A stretch of 64,000 nt of DNA, from positions 15,252,001-15,316,000 of the forward strand of contig NC_043014.1 in the NCBI RefSeq assembly GCF_006345805.1, read 5' to 3'. Below are positions 36,482 to 49,519 of the stretch, in pieces. The notes below the pieces were generated by a model. It saw only the letters and a list, made by a program, of their open reading frames with translations, was not told the DNA's origin and searched no databases. Both the position numbers and the translations under genes were made by a program. Origin of the DNA: Octopus sinensis (taxonomy: Eukaryota). How positions within the stretch are numbered: the first letter of the stretch is position 1; each line of letters opens with the position of its first letter.

Positions 36482-36880
36482 ATACTCTTTTACTTGTTTC
36501 AATCATTTGGCTGTGGCCATGCTGGAGCACTACCTTTAGTCGAGCAAATCGACCCCCAGGGGTTATTCTTTGTAAGCCTAGTACTTATTCTATCGGTCTC
36601 TTTTGCCGAACCGCTATGTTATGGGGACGTAAACACACAAGATTTTACAAAAATCTGGGGCCGAGATTTTACAAAAACAACAAAAATATTATTTAAAAAA
36701 TATCAAAAAAAAATATTTGGTGTGCTTACGTCCCCGTAACTTAGCGGTTCGGCAAAAAGAGACCGATAGAATAAGTACTAGACTTACAAAGAATAAGTCC
36801 CGGAGTCGATTTGCTCGACTAAAGGCGTTGCTCCAGCATGGCCACAGTCAAATGACTGAAACAAGTAAAAGAGTAAAAGA
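36482..36880. mobile_element. Inverted pair of SINE A 3' halves (36482-36637 -, 36718-36880 +)
   Basis: Same segment in opposite orientation ~80 bp apart. Confidence 0.85.
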
Positions 36881-37616
36881 TAGTAAAGAGAGAGAGAGAG
36901 TAATGGGGAAAATGTGGTTGCTATTTCTGGCAGGTTGAGTGAGTGAGTACATAGGAGACTCCCTTAACTATCTGAAACAGGAAGGGCATTGAAAGAACTG
37001 ATGGGTGCGAATTGACGAGTGGGAGATTCTTGTAGTAAAGGGGAAAAAAGAGAGTAACCGAATTTAGTTCGCTGAGAGAAAAGGGTCTTGATATCAGCAG
37101 TTAGTCAAGGGGAGATCCCACATTAATCAGAGAAAGTCAGTGAGTTTAGACTAGTAGTAGTTATAGGTGTGGGGGGGGGTTCAGTGATAGGGATTCTAGA
37201 GAAGACGGTAGTGTTTATAGGAACATGGAGGTAAAAGGGGAAGGGGAGGTTGTTAAGAGTGATGGCGGCGATGGTGGTTATTAAGCAACCCACCTCCTCA
37301 TCCATCAAATCGGCTCCGAACAAGCCAGATCTATGATGAAAGACATTCTAACCGTGCCCACCCCAGCATTTTTTGCCCAGGAATTAATGAACCACGGGCT
37401 AAATTATCAACTACGTGTGTATGTGTGTGTGTGAGAGAGCATGTGTATATGTGTAGAGTGTGTGTTAAGGAAATAATATGTGAGAGAAAAGAGGAAGACT
37501 GTGTCTGCGTACGTTTTGGGTGAAAGTGAGTGACGGTGTGTAATTGGAAAAAATGTGAGAGGAAAAGTGACAGTAAGTGAAAGAGAGAGTGCGTGTGTGC
37601 GTGTACTCGCTTGTTG

Positions 37617-38187
37617 GCGGCGAGCTGGCAGAAACGTTAGCACGCCGGGCGAAATGCGTAGCCGTATTTCGTCTGCCGTTACGTTCTGAGTTCAAATTCC
37701 GCCGAGGTCGACTTTGCCTTTCATCCTTTCGGTGTCGATAAATTAAGTACCAGTTACGCACTGGAATCGATGTAATCGACTTAATCCGTTTTTTTGTCCC
37801 CTCTGTGGGTAGTAAAGAAATATATTAGATATTCTTTTCTACTCTAGGCATAAGGCCCGAAATTTTTGGGGGAAGGGGCAAGTCGATTATATCGACCCCG
37901 AAAAGATGAAAGGCAAAGTCGACCTCGGTGGAATTTGAACTCAGAACGTAAAGGCAGACGAAATACCTGTTTCTTTACTACCCACAAGGGACTAAACACA
38001 GAGAGGACAAACAAGGACAGACGAATGGATTAAGTCGATTATATCGACCCCAGTGTGTAACTGGTACTTATTTAATCGATCCCGAAAGGATGAAAGGCAA
38101 AGTTGACCTCGGTGGAATTTGAACTCAGAACGTAACGGCAGACGAAATACCGCTAAGCATTTCGCCCGGCGTGCTAACGTTTCTGCC
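37617..38187. mobile_element. SINE B cluster: full + copy (37617-37821) abutting two - copies (37832-38187)
   Basis: Near-consensus, CpG-intact copies. Confidence 0.9.
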
Positions 38188-38251
38188 ATGAAGTGATCCT
38201 AAACATGGATGTATAATAAACATAGACATCGAAATGGTTATATCTTTTGTT

Positions 38252-38575
38252 GGCGTTCCTTCGTTTTAACTCGACACGACTATAACAAGACCTCGGTTAT
38301 TTCCGTGACAACTCGACAATTCACTTCGGATATCTTCGTGACTTCCGAAAATTTGCGGATTTTATATACACACATGAAGCAGGTAAGAACAAATATGCAA
38401 GGGTTTTTGCTCGCATAATTTCGTCATATCTATATTCCACAACACATAAATACATAGAAACAGAACACGCACACTGTTACGGAGGTCACGAAGATATCCG
38501 AAGTGAATTGTCGAGTTGTCACGGAAGCAACCGAGGTCTTGTAATAGTTTTGTCGAGTTAAAACGAAGGAACGCC
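38252..38575. mobile_element. MITE with 96-bp TIRs and 8-bp TSD (Merlin-like signature)
   Basis: Arms 38252-38347 and 38480-38575 (~6 mismatches), termini GGCGTTCC/GGAACGCC, CTTTTGTT on both sides. Confidence 0.85.
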
Positions 38576-39164
38576 CTTTTGTTTTTAAACGCTCCCGTTG
38601 ATACACATGAATAACAGTAAGTTCTTGTATTAGCCAGAGGGGCATAACTGATGGGAACATCATAAGATATACCACAACTTGCGTGGGGATTTACATAAAT
38701 GACAGGCAGAAATAAATGGAAAAGATGGTGAAATACGATGGAAGTATATAAAAGAATACAAAGCATGTGATAACATGAAGCAGCTCTGATATAGGAGAAA
38801 AACTTCAGCTAGAGCCTATCAAGGAACCCCACAGATTCAGGATTAAACTGACCTCCAAAGGCACTAGCCGTTTCCCAACTGTGACCCTTTAATCTGCAGG
38901 CGCAGATGCATTTATGCAAGTGTTGTGTGAGGGGAAAAAAACTACGTGAATATTTGTTGACGAGCAAGTAAATTGATATGTAAATGTATGGTCGTCAGGT
39001 GTAAGATTATTAAGAGAAAGAGTGGGAATGTTTGTATGTGCGTGCGCGTCTGAAATCGTGTGTGTGTGTGTGTGTGCATGTGCACGCGCGCAAATTTTCT
39101 TTTTAAAACAATTTTTGTTTCCCCTAATAATCCATAACAGCGAATTGGAGGAATCATTACCCTG

Positions 39165-40062
39165 TCGGAGAAAAATGCTTAGAGGTATTTCTTCCGACTT
39201 CGCGTTCTGAGTTCAAACGCCGCTGGGGTCGACTTTACTTTTCATCCTTTCAGGGTTAACAAAGTACCAGTTGAGTACTGAGGGTCGATTTAATCGACTT
39301 AAGTCTTCCTCTTGTGCCAAAATCTGAAACCAATAATCATGACAACGGCTGCCTGTATAAAACACAGGAATGGATTCTGTAATCTTAAGGAAATATCCCA
39401 TAAGATATCTTTGACAAGGTAAATTGGGAACAGCTGAATCGATGGAGGATTATCTTTAATATTCTATGACATAATAGTTGATTTAATCAAAGACCAACTT
39501 ATTTCAGAAACGGTGAACATCATAAAAACCCTAAGCTTTAGGGGCAACAATCGCGAAAAATGTAAGACATTGTGACTCCTACAAGGAATTTTCTACGAAT
39601 CGTGCGAAACGCTAAATTAGATACCGGCACGAAATGATAGCAATTGTTCCAAGTTTGAAACGAGGTTAGCAGTAATTTTGAGGGAAGGCGGATACTCGAT
39701 ATCGACGACTCCAGAACTTGAGTGGTACTTCATTTTGAACTCAGAACGGAATTTGAACTCAGAACGTAACGGCAGACGAAATACGGCTACGCATTTCGCC
39801 CGGCGTGCTAACGTTTCTGCCAGCTCGCACATACATATAGGCGTAAGTTAACATGATGTTGGGTAAGCAAATGTTTTTAGGATAGCTTAGCCTCGACCGT
39901 TGCCTTGCATGGCTCTGTGGTTAAGAAGTTCGTTTTGCAACCATGTGGTTTCGGGTTCAGTCCCACTGCGCGGCAGCTTGGGCAAATGTTTTCTACTATA
40001 GCTCCGGACCGACGAATGCCTTATGAATGAATGTAGTAGACGGAAAATGTGCGGAATCCCAT
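39165..40062. mobile_element. SINE B (+ 39165-39330), SINE B (- 39660-39828), SINE A head (+ 39905-40062)
   Basis: Family motifs. Confidence 0.75.
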
Positions 40063-40899
40063 CATGTGTGTGTGTGTCTTTGCGTATATCTCCACCACCA
40101 CCAGAGTTGAAACGCTACCAGTCTGTCATCACCCCTTCCTTCCATCCTTCCTTCTTCATCTGTCACCCTTTCCTTTGTCATTCATATGTTGTGACGGAGA
40201 AAAACACGAGTATTATTATAGTATAAGATACACGCGCGCGCGCGCGCACACACAGATGGGTGCAAGTTCTCATGATGATGTTATGTAAGCAAGTGTCTTT
40301 TAGGACAGCGTCGCGTCGATCCCTGCTTTGTAAAATTTGCTTAAATGGAAGCCAGCGTGGATTCCCTTCGGGTGGCTTTGTACCCTGCAATTCAAAGAGC
40401 TAGCCTTTTTTTATACCCTGCAATTCAAAGAGCTAGCCTTTTTTTATACCCCTGTGTCACGACGACACTGCCTGGGAATTCTGTCTGATAAGGGTACACG
40501 TGCCTGCAAAAATGCTCAGACGTTGACACGGTAATACAATGAGTAACGGTAGGAGTTTCGTTGATCGAATAACTGGTATCCATTTACAGAGAGAAATATG
40601 CAGACACACACATACACACACACACACACACGACGGTGTTGACAGTTCTGCCTGCAAGTTTTGGCTTTTCTTTAAAACAGGAGAGAGCGAGAGGGGGGAG
40701 GGGGTTAATGAAAACAAACAAAATATGGCACTCATATCGAAATTTAGCCACACACGCATATATATATATATATATATATATTTGAAAAGGTTGCAAGACG
40801 CAGCGAAAATTTAGGAAAAATAAATGAGTGGAAATTTTACCGGTGAGTGTGTCAAATTATAAGGCTCTAAAAGAGAATGACTCTCCTCAGACACAACAG

Positions 40900-40931
<32 letters not shown>

Positions 40932-40959
40932 CACGTGTGCACATATATGTATGTATATA

Positions 40960-41052
<93 letters not shown>

Positions 41053-41150
41053 TGTGTGTGCGCACATATACGTATGTATATATACATACATATATATATG
41101 TGTGTGTGTGTGCACAAATATGTATGTATGTATATATATATGTATATGCA
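40900..41150. repeat. (TA)n/(TG)n compound microsatellite
   Basis: Directly visible. Confidence 0.9.
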
Positions 41151-41489
41151 AAGTTTATAAACACATAGGCGAGGCAACAAAGCAACAAAGAGGGGGGAAC
41201 TGATGTGACATATATACATATATACAATTAATGTGCCACAAGATGGAGGAGGGAGAGGAGGAGGGGTAGAAAGAGAAAGGGTAATAGTGAAAGGAGGGGG
41301 GTATATCTTTACATAGTGCTACATATAAATTAAGGCACGCATGCATATGTATAATATATATATATACATACATATATATATGTCTCACCCAGAGAAGATC
41401 CAGAATAGCGTCATGTGAATATGAATGCACACATGTCCAAATACGATTTACAGACAAGTAGCTGACGTGTGGTGGAATTGACAGACAGC

Positions 41490-41620
41490 TAGCTAGCTAA
41501 ATAGATAGATATAAAGACAACTAGACAGACGAGAGATTCTAGGCGGGGCGGGTGAACAGACAGGCAAACAAACGGACGGACAAACAGACAGACAGACAGA
41601 CAGATAGATAAATAGATAGC

Positions 41621-41672
<52 letters not shown>

Positions 41673-41700
41673 CAGAGAGAGAGAGGCAGAGAAACAGACA
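41490..41700. repeat. (GATA)n/(GACA)n microsatellite
   Basis: Directly visible. Confidence 0.9.
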
Positions 41701-42092
41701 GAAGGCTCAGCGTATACATAGCTAACTGTGTGCCACCAATAGATAACTTCAACAGCTGCTAAAATTAAGTGTGTGTATAAGTATGTGAGCGCGCGCGCGT
41801 TAGGTGTGCGTACGTGCGTGTGTGTGTGCGAGGAAAAGAAAAGAGAGAAAGAGAGATAGAAAGAAAATAGGAAGGGGGAAGGTGAATGTCAATGATTTAT
41901 CACACACACACACACATATGTTACTGCACATGTCATGTGTACTCACACACACACATACATACACACGTTGTCTGTCGATAGTACACAACCACTAGTTCTC
42001 CCGACGAAGTCTCGTAAACTTTTCGCTTAGTGTGACGTAATAGACGGGACAGACCTTCGTTTATATATATATATATGTATGTATGTATATAT

Positions 42093-43165
42093 ACTCTTTA
42101 CTGTTTTACTTGTTTCAGTCATTTGACTGCGGCCATGCTGGAGCAACGCCTTTAGTCGAGCAAATCGTAAGCCTAGTTAGTACTTATTCTATCGGTCTCT
42201 TTTGCCGAACCGCTAAGTTCCGGGGACGTAAACATACCAGCATCGGTTGTCAAGCATATACACATATATACGACGGGCTTCTTTCAGTTTCCGTCTACCA
42301 AATCCACTCACAATGCTTTGGTCGGCCCGAGGCTATAGTAGAAGACACTTGCCCAAGGTGCAACCAAGTGGGACTGAACCCGGAACCATATGGTTGGTAA
42401 GCAAGCTACTTACGACATTAGACTGCGGCCATGCTAGGGCACCGCCTTGAGGAATTTTTAGTCGAATGAATTGATATCAGTACTTATTTTGTTGTTGTTA
42501 AGCCTGGTACTTATGCTATCGGTCACTTTTGCCGAACCGCTAATTTACGCGGACGTAAACACCAACAGCGGTTGTGAAGCGGTGGTAGGGACAAAAAAGA
42601 ACACAAAGACATACATACACACACACACACGTGTGTGTGTGTGTGTGTGTGTGTGTGAATAATATGTACATATTGTGGTAAGAAGCTTGCTTCCCAACTG
42701 CATGGTTCCGGGTTCATTCCCACTGCATGGCAGCTTGACCAAATATCTTCCACTATAGCCTCGGTCATACCAAAGCCTTGTGAGTGAATTTCGTAGACGG
42801 CAAATGGAAGAACCCTGTCGTATGTGTGTGTGTGTGTGCCCGAGGCTATAGAAGACTACACTTGCCCAAGGTTCCACGCAGTGGGACTGACCCGGAACCA
42901 TGTGGTTGGCAAGGAAGCTACTTACCACACAGCCACACCTGCGTTTCAGACCAAAAGATTGTGGCCATGCTGGGACACCGCCAGTATTATCAACTTATAT
43001 GCGCACACACACGAGACAGGCTTCTACATTGTTTCCGCCAACCAAATCACAACGCATCCGTCGCCCCGCGGCCATTGCATAAGACTCTTGCCCAAGATTC
43101 TCGCGCAGTGGAACTGAACCCGAAACTACCAAGTTTCAAAACGAGCTCCTTAACCCACACCACCA
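42093..43165. mobile_element. Stack of SINE A pieces (42093-42412 -, 42416-42610 -, 42672-42822 +, 42839-42943 -, ~43015-43165 -)
   Basis: Family A motifs in alternating orientation. Confidence 0.8.
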
Positions 43166-43251
43166 GCCGTTGCATGTGCATGTAAAGTGCATTTGCGCGT
43201 GTAGTTAAATTGTGAATAAGCCTGCATGCGTACGTTCAGTAAATATTACAA

Positions 43252-43398
43252 CTAGCTTCGCTGCAGTTACTTATACCCCGTGGTTAAGCCACAGGAGTAC
43301 ATTTGCAGAACGAAACCAGAAGAAAATTGGTCTTCATTCTGTTCTACAGATAAAGCCTTATGTTTAAACCACGGGGCGTATTTGCGCAGCGAAGCTAG
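43252..43398. repeat. Imperfect palindrome bounded by CTAG; probable small MITE
   Basis: ctagcttcgctgc...ccccgtggtt / aaccacgggg...gcagcgaagctag. Confidence 0.55.
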
Positions 43399-43435
43399 AT
43401 GTAAACGTTATTAGACATTCGTAGATAAACATGTT

Positions 43436-43491
<56 letters not shown>

Positions 43492-43507
43492 CATACACAA
43501 ACACAAA

Positions 43508-43718
43508 GGCGGCGAGGTCTCAGAATCGTTAGCACACCGGGCGAAATGCTTAGCAGCATTTTGTCTGCCGCAACGGTGTGAGTTGAAATTCTGCCGAGGT
43601 CGACTTTGCCTTTCATCCTTTCGGGGTCGATGAATTGAGTACCAGAGGAGTGCTGGGGTCGATGTGATCGACTGTCCCCCTCCCCACAAAATCCACCTTG
43701 TGCTTTTGTAGAAAGGAT
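43508..43718 (+). mobile_element. SINE family B, full-length
   Basis: ggcgaggtctcagaatcgttagc head plus core. Confidence 0.85.
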
Positions 43719-43930
43719 ACTCACAGATTGTAGCCGTTATCTCAACATGTATTTCTAATCGGTATGTCTTCACTAGTTTGAAAAGGTTGATCTTATGATG
43801 ATTTTAATTTTATAAATGAATTATTTAAAGATTACTGAATCGAAACAGCTGTCAGAGATGTTGTTATATTTTTATAATTCATAGAAAATATTTTAGTAAT
43901 TACCTCTCCATTTTCTCCTTACTATATATA

Positions 43931-44830
43931 TACTAGCTGATGTACCGGTAATTCCCGGGAAAGTGGGGCTTATCCCTTGGTTCCGTTCTCATAATTGTTT
44001 CGCTAATCCAATAACAACAATACAAAGTATGTAGCCCTTAAAACGGTTTTTGTGCATTTACAGAGAATACCAAACTGTACTGTCTTACACAGGATCTTGT
44101 ATTTAGGAATTCCCAATAAGTTATGAATACCCAAATTGTGAAGTCAGTTATATAATAACATGACATTAGTTACCCGATAGTAAGAATTCAAGTAAAGTAG
44201 CCACGAAAAGGGGTTTAATGCGTTCCCAGAGTATACAGGAGGAAATTCTAATAAGGTACGTATACTAAAATCGTGAAGCATGTTACGTAATAACAGGCTA
44301 ATCAGATATGAGATAATAACAATTCAAAGTAAACAACTCTGAAAAGGGCTTTTGTGCGTTTCCAGAGAATATTACCCCAGCGGCGCTAGTGTTGGTATAT
44401 TCGTGAATAAATTACTAACCGAAATAAGTGGATCTATTGTTTAGGAAAATACTATTTACTTATTTAAGGGTTGTACTGGATAAATTGCGAAAACAACTCT
44501 AACAGTTCAAATACTAAGAAATAGGCATACTGAATTTCATTCTTAGGAAAATGAATGGGTTATTTCCCTTGGCTATATATAAGGATCCCTTCCTAGGGCG
44601 AATGGGTATTTCCTTTGGTTTTTAAAATAAAATATTTTAGATATATATATAAGGATACCTTCCAGGGACCCTATTATCGATTTTCTCAAATATCTGAGTA
44701 TGTCATGAGGTTTCCAGACAGGAGTTCTACTCACGTGTCAAGTTTCATCAAAGTCGATAAAACGATGTAGGAGGAGTTAGCTAACAACTCCACAAATACA
44801 CCCACAGACAAAATTTTCCACATATGTAGT
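43931..44830 (+). mobile_element. Non-autonomous Helentron/HINE (DINE-1-like) element
   Basis: 5' tactagctgatgtaccggtaattcccggg; 3' aagtttcatcaaagtcg...ggagtt-agctaac-aactcc hairpin...acagacaaa; internal ~135-170 bp tandem repeats. Confidence 0.55.
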
Positions 44831-45182
44831 ATATATATGTATATACATATATATATCGCTTAGGCTAGAATTCAATATACATATGCTTCTGAACGAAGCG
44901 CTAATCGAGTACAGAGTGTTAGGTAATAAGAACAAAGAGATGACACATGAATAAACGAATTTGTTATGAACTTCATTGGCTTAAAGATGTTTCCGCTAGA
45001 GTATGCGGTGGACTCACAGTTGAATGCCTCGGCGCCTAATTTATTTCAGTTTGTTCGTATGTCCGCATTTCGTTTTTGTCCCTCGTCCTCTCCCGTCCAC
45101 TAATGGTCTCGTCTTGAAACACATTTTATTCATGTTTGTATGTCCACTTTCAGTATTGCATATTTAGTTATTTCTTGTTTGC

Positions 45183-45560
45183 TTACTCTCTTTTACTCTT
45201 TTATTTGTTTCAGTCATTTGACTGCGGCCATGCTGGAGCACCGCCTTTAGTCGAGCAAATCGACCCCGGGACTTATTCTTTGTAAGCCCAGTACTTATTC
45301 TATCGGTCTCTTTTGCCGAACCGCTATGTGACGGAGACGTAAACACACCAGCATCGGTTGTCAAGCAATGCTAGGGGGACAAACACAGACACACAAACAC
45401 ACACATATATATACATATATACGACAGGCTTCTTTCAGTTTCCGTCTACCAAATCCACTCACAAGGCATTGGTCGGCCTGGGGCTATAGCAGAAGACACT
45501 TGCCCAAGATGCCACGCAGTGGGACTGAACCCGGAACCATGTGGTTGGTTAGCAAGCTAC
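45183..45560 (-). mobile_element. SINE family A, young
   Basis: Near-consensus, CpGs intact. Confidence 0.95.
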
Positions 45561-46379
45561 CACTTTCTGTCATGTTTGGTCCCTTGTTCGTTGGCTCGCC
45601 ATTTCCCGGTGGCTTCGTGCTATCGACACCACCAGAAGGGGAGTAATATTATGGTTGAAGGCGCGAAATTGACCCTCTGGCCGATAACTGATGAGGATTT
45701 GGTGACCTTATGTTGTTTTTTTTTAACACAGATGCACACACACGTACATGCATAAATGCATTAGATACGTTCCGCTTGCGTAGAACATGTAGGCAACGCC
45801 TACGGAGAATTTAGACTCATAAAATATTAATAATTGGATATAAATAAAATAACAATGATTTCCAATTCATTCAGGAAATGTTAATTTATGTACATTATTT
45901 TGTATAGAACTCATTAAATGGTTTATATTTTGTAATTAGATTGGCACGGTTTTCTGTACCTGTGTGTGTGTGTGTGTGCGTGCGTGTGTGTGTGTGTGTG
46001 TGTGTATGCGTTGATGCAGTTGTGTTTACAAGATCCTTGATGTGGGATCGTGTTGATGCTAACTGGAAAAATAGAACCCAAAATATGAATTTTTCTTAAC
46101 ATTTAGCAGAAGCAACAGAATGACTCAAGTGCCGAGAGTTTCGTACATTAGCTCTAATGAAACAGTGCCAGTTTCGAAACTCTCGGCCCTCGAGTCACTC
46201 TGTTGCCTCTCCTATATATTAATATTATGGGTCCAGCACACTTCCGTTGCGTCACTCTGTCGTATGAATCTATATAAACCCACAATCTGTGAATTAAGCT
46301 TCAAGATACATTAAATGTCTTAATAGCAAAATGATTTCTGCCTTTTCCTTCTTAATATCATCAGAGAGACACGGTTACA

Positions 46380-46615
46380 CGCGTATTACATGTCAATTCA
46401 CCAAAATCCGATTGTCTCCATTTCACAAGTAGCCAAGCCATACGCAATGTCCTTGAGACTGTTGTTATGCAGTCCCAAGTCAGCCCTGTATCCAAGTCGT
46501 TCCGGTCGTGACCACCCTCACTTTTTGTATATCTATGATCTCGTTGTCCGTGTCATTTTTAAGACTGTGAGAGTACATTATCGAATGCATTCTTCCTTTA
46601 TTTTCAGACTGTAAG
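46380..46615 (-). pseudogene. Possible RTE LINE C-terminal relic
   Basis: Frameshifted motifs SRP..TTWIQ..ADLGLHNNSLKDIAYGLA. Confidence 0.35.
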
Positions 46616-46706
46616 CTGTTGTTGGGGAAATTTGACTGTTATTTCTAGCTGTCAGGTCGAGTGGCCGCACAGAACCTCAATCCACCGCCACTGTCGTTGT
46701 CTAGTT

Positions 46707-46998
46707 TAGTGATTCCTAAACTTTTTCAGGCTGGTGCCCCCATGGCACCCAGGCCACATTCCTAATGGCCCTCACATACACACACACACACTACCACAAA
46801 CATTGACCACTTTCTGCCACAAATTCGAAACAACTGTATTTCACAAATAAAACAACCTAATCAACCCATTATTCTTTCGGGGGGGGGGGACAAACATTGC
46901 CCCCTTTTGCCCTCCCGAGTATCGTTGCACTTTTTCTTGTCCCCTGCACCTTTCCACTTCCGCCAAGGGAGCAATACCACCCACTTTGGGAACCACTG
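46707..46998. mobile_element. hAT/Charlie-type MITE
   Basis: TIR tagtgattcctaaac / tttgggaaccactg; 8-bp TSD gtctagtt vs gtgtagtt. Confidence 0.75.
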
Positions 46999-47154
46999 GT
47001 GTAGTTCAATCTCAGGTCAGTCATCTTGTAGGATGACCTATGATCAAAGGCGTTCCAGCAATGACCATTCCCTATTTTTCAAATCCCCTCCTACACACAT
47101 ACACACAACTATTTTCCACCCTTAAAACGACATGATGTAACGTGGAGAAAGATC

Positions 47155-48175
47155 TGGCTGCTACTTCTAGCATGTGTGGCGTTCCAATCATGACCATCCC
47201 GTGTTTTTCAGGCCTGCTACATCTAAGACTATACTATCCAATATAATTTGCACCAGGCCACCTTTCTTGAACACCAACACCACTATCTCCCCTCTTTAAG
47301 ACGATATGCTACTTGGGAAGATCTGGCTGCTATATCTAGCATGTCCTGTGACCGCATAATATAATGTTCTCCCACTATCAATGGCTGCTATTTCTAGCAC
47401 GTGTGGCGTTCCAACCATGGTCATCCCGTGTTTTTCAGGCCTACTACATCTAAGATTACACTCTAATGTAACTTGGGATCTGTGAGATGGTATAGATCCG
47501 TAACTTGCACCGGTCCACCTCTATCAACTCCAACACCAACAACAACACCACTATCTCCCATCTTTAAGATGATGCGGGAAAAACTCCCCCCGCCAAAAAA
47601 ATGTGTTTATTTTTGTAATTTTTTTTTGCCAAAAATCCCCGTTTTCGGATACGGAGGTCCCGGAAAATTGCCAAAAGTCGGCATTGTGAAATTTTCCCTC
47701 CCTTTCCCTCCACGCAACTTCTTCAATTTTGACTTTTTCCCCCAAAACTAACCCTAAAACCGTAGCCGTAAGTACAGAAATATTTTGAAATTTTTGTCCG
47801 AATCATGATGTCTGTATTTTTCCGCATATTTAGAAAAAAAAATTTTTTTTTTTAAATTTTACAAAGATATTTGGAAATTTTTTTTCAGAATCATAATCTT
47901 TCCCGCAAATTTTGAAAAAAGTAAAAAAGGAAGGAAATGGAGGTGGGGGGGGGGGGGGTAATTTAGAAATGTCGATTTTTGCCAATTTGCTTGCAGATTC
48001 GTATTCCTTGTAGCCGAAAAGAGGGATGGTTTTGTGGGAAAAAAATTTTAAGGGTGGTTGGGGAGGGGGCGGAAGTCTTGCCCGATGCGATGCTACTGGG
48101 GGAGATCTGGCTGCTATTTCTAGCATGTCCCGTGACTGCGTAATATAATGTTCTTCTCCCACTATCAATGGCTAT
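47155..48175 (+). repeat. Tandem duplication of a ~230-bp repeat unit, second copy split by a ~505-bp fold-back insertion (47575-48079)
   Basis: ggctgcta.ttctagca.gtgtggcgttcc at 47157 and 47384; unit resumes at ~48085. Confidence 0.65.
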
Positions 48176-48908
48176 TTTTTCCAGCTCGACAAACGCAGAC
48201 CTTTGACAACCAAATTCTCTACGCCAGCGTCCTAGTTTCCGTATGGCACCAACCTGGCACCATAGAGATACTTCCAGCTGCAACTGTCAAAGGACTCAGT
48301 AATAATGAGTCAACAACACTTTCACGGACAATAGCAGATGGATACGTGTATGTGTGTGTATGCGTGTATTTGTGTGTGTGTGCGCGTGCTTGGCTATATA
48401 ATTATATACATACACTCGCATATCAACAATGTAATTATCCAGATGCGAATATATAATTACCATACATTTATACAATTACAAATATATTACGTGTATGTGT
48501 ACGCATGCTTGTAAATGTGTGCGTATGTATATGTATATTCATGTGTATATATATATATATATATATATTTGTGTGTGTGTATCTGTATACATGTATGTAT
48601 GTATATGTAAATGTATGTACATATATGCACGCGTGTGTTTCATTATCGACGCAAAATGTTAACCAAGATATTTGCTTATCCGTTCTGCTGTGGCTTTCAT
48701 CCTTTCAGAATCAATAATATAAGTACCAGTGAAGTACTGGGGTCATAGCCCCGGGCCAACCAAAGCCTTGTGGGTGGATAAGGTAGACGGAAACTGAAAG
48801 AAGCCCGTCATATATATATATAATAGTGTATGACTGAGCGCCCTCAAGTCGATTCGATTCGTTTTCGTTTCGTTTCATCTCCTCCAAGTAAGTTTTGTAT
48901 ATATATAT

Positions 48909-48940
<32 letters not shown>

Positions 48941-48991
48941 ATATATATATATATATGTGCGCGCGCGTGTGTGTGTGTGTGTGTGTGTGTG

Positions 48992-49026
<35 letters not shown>

Positions 49027-49029
49027 GTG

Positions 49030-49243
49030 TATGTGTCTTTGTTTGTCCCCCTCACCGTTTGACAACCGGTTTTAGTGTGTTTATCTCCCTGTAACTTAGC
49101 AGTTCGGCAAAGAGACCGATAAAATAAGTACTAGGCTTATAAAAATTAAGTCCTGGGATAGATTTCTTCGACTAAAAATAAAAAAAACTTGAAGGCGCTG
49201 CTCCAGTATGGCTGCAGTCAAATGATTTAAACAAGCAAAAGAA
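49030..49243 (+). mobile_element. SINE family A, 3' half
   Basis: tgtttgtcccc...gatttaaacaagcaaaagaa. Confidence 0.8.
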
Positions 49244-49519
49244 TAGGACCCGGAATGATTTTTGAGATATTTTTGGGAGAAAAAAATGCGTCTCATATGC
49301 CATCAAATAGGGTAAATGCTACGTCTTCATACAATCAGGATTGTCTTTTCCTTATTGGCATTGTAACTCTGAAGAATTATTGATTACTGGGAATATCTCC
49401 TCTTCTCATTCTGAGTTGGTGTGAATTGCCACCTGGCGATTTGCTCCACTTTCCTAGGATGTGAAAACAATTTCAGTAAATCAAGAATATCTTTTGTATG
49501 GTATTTAATATACCTTTCT

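Noticed and set aside
38362-38766. 134-aa minus-strand ORF
   Set aside because: Runs through the long-TIR MITE; no domain recognised.
39395-39600. RT-like motif DIFDKVNWEQL
   Set aside because: Single weak motif with stops and no neighbouring RT motifs.
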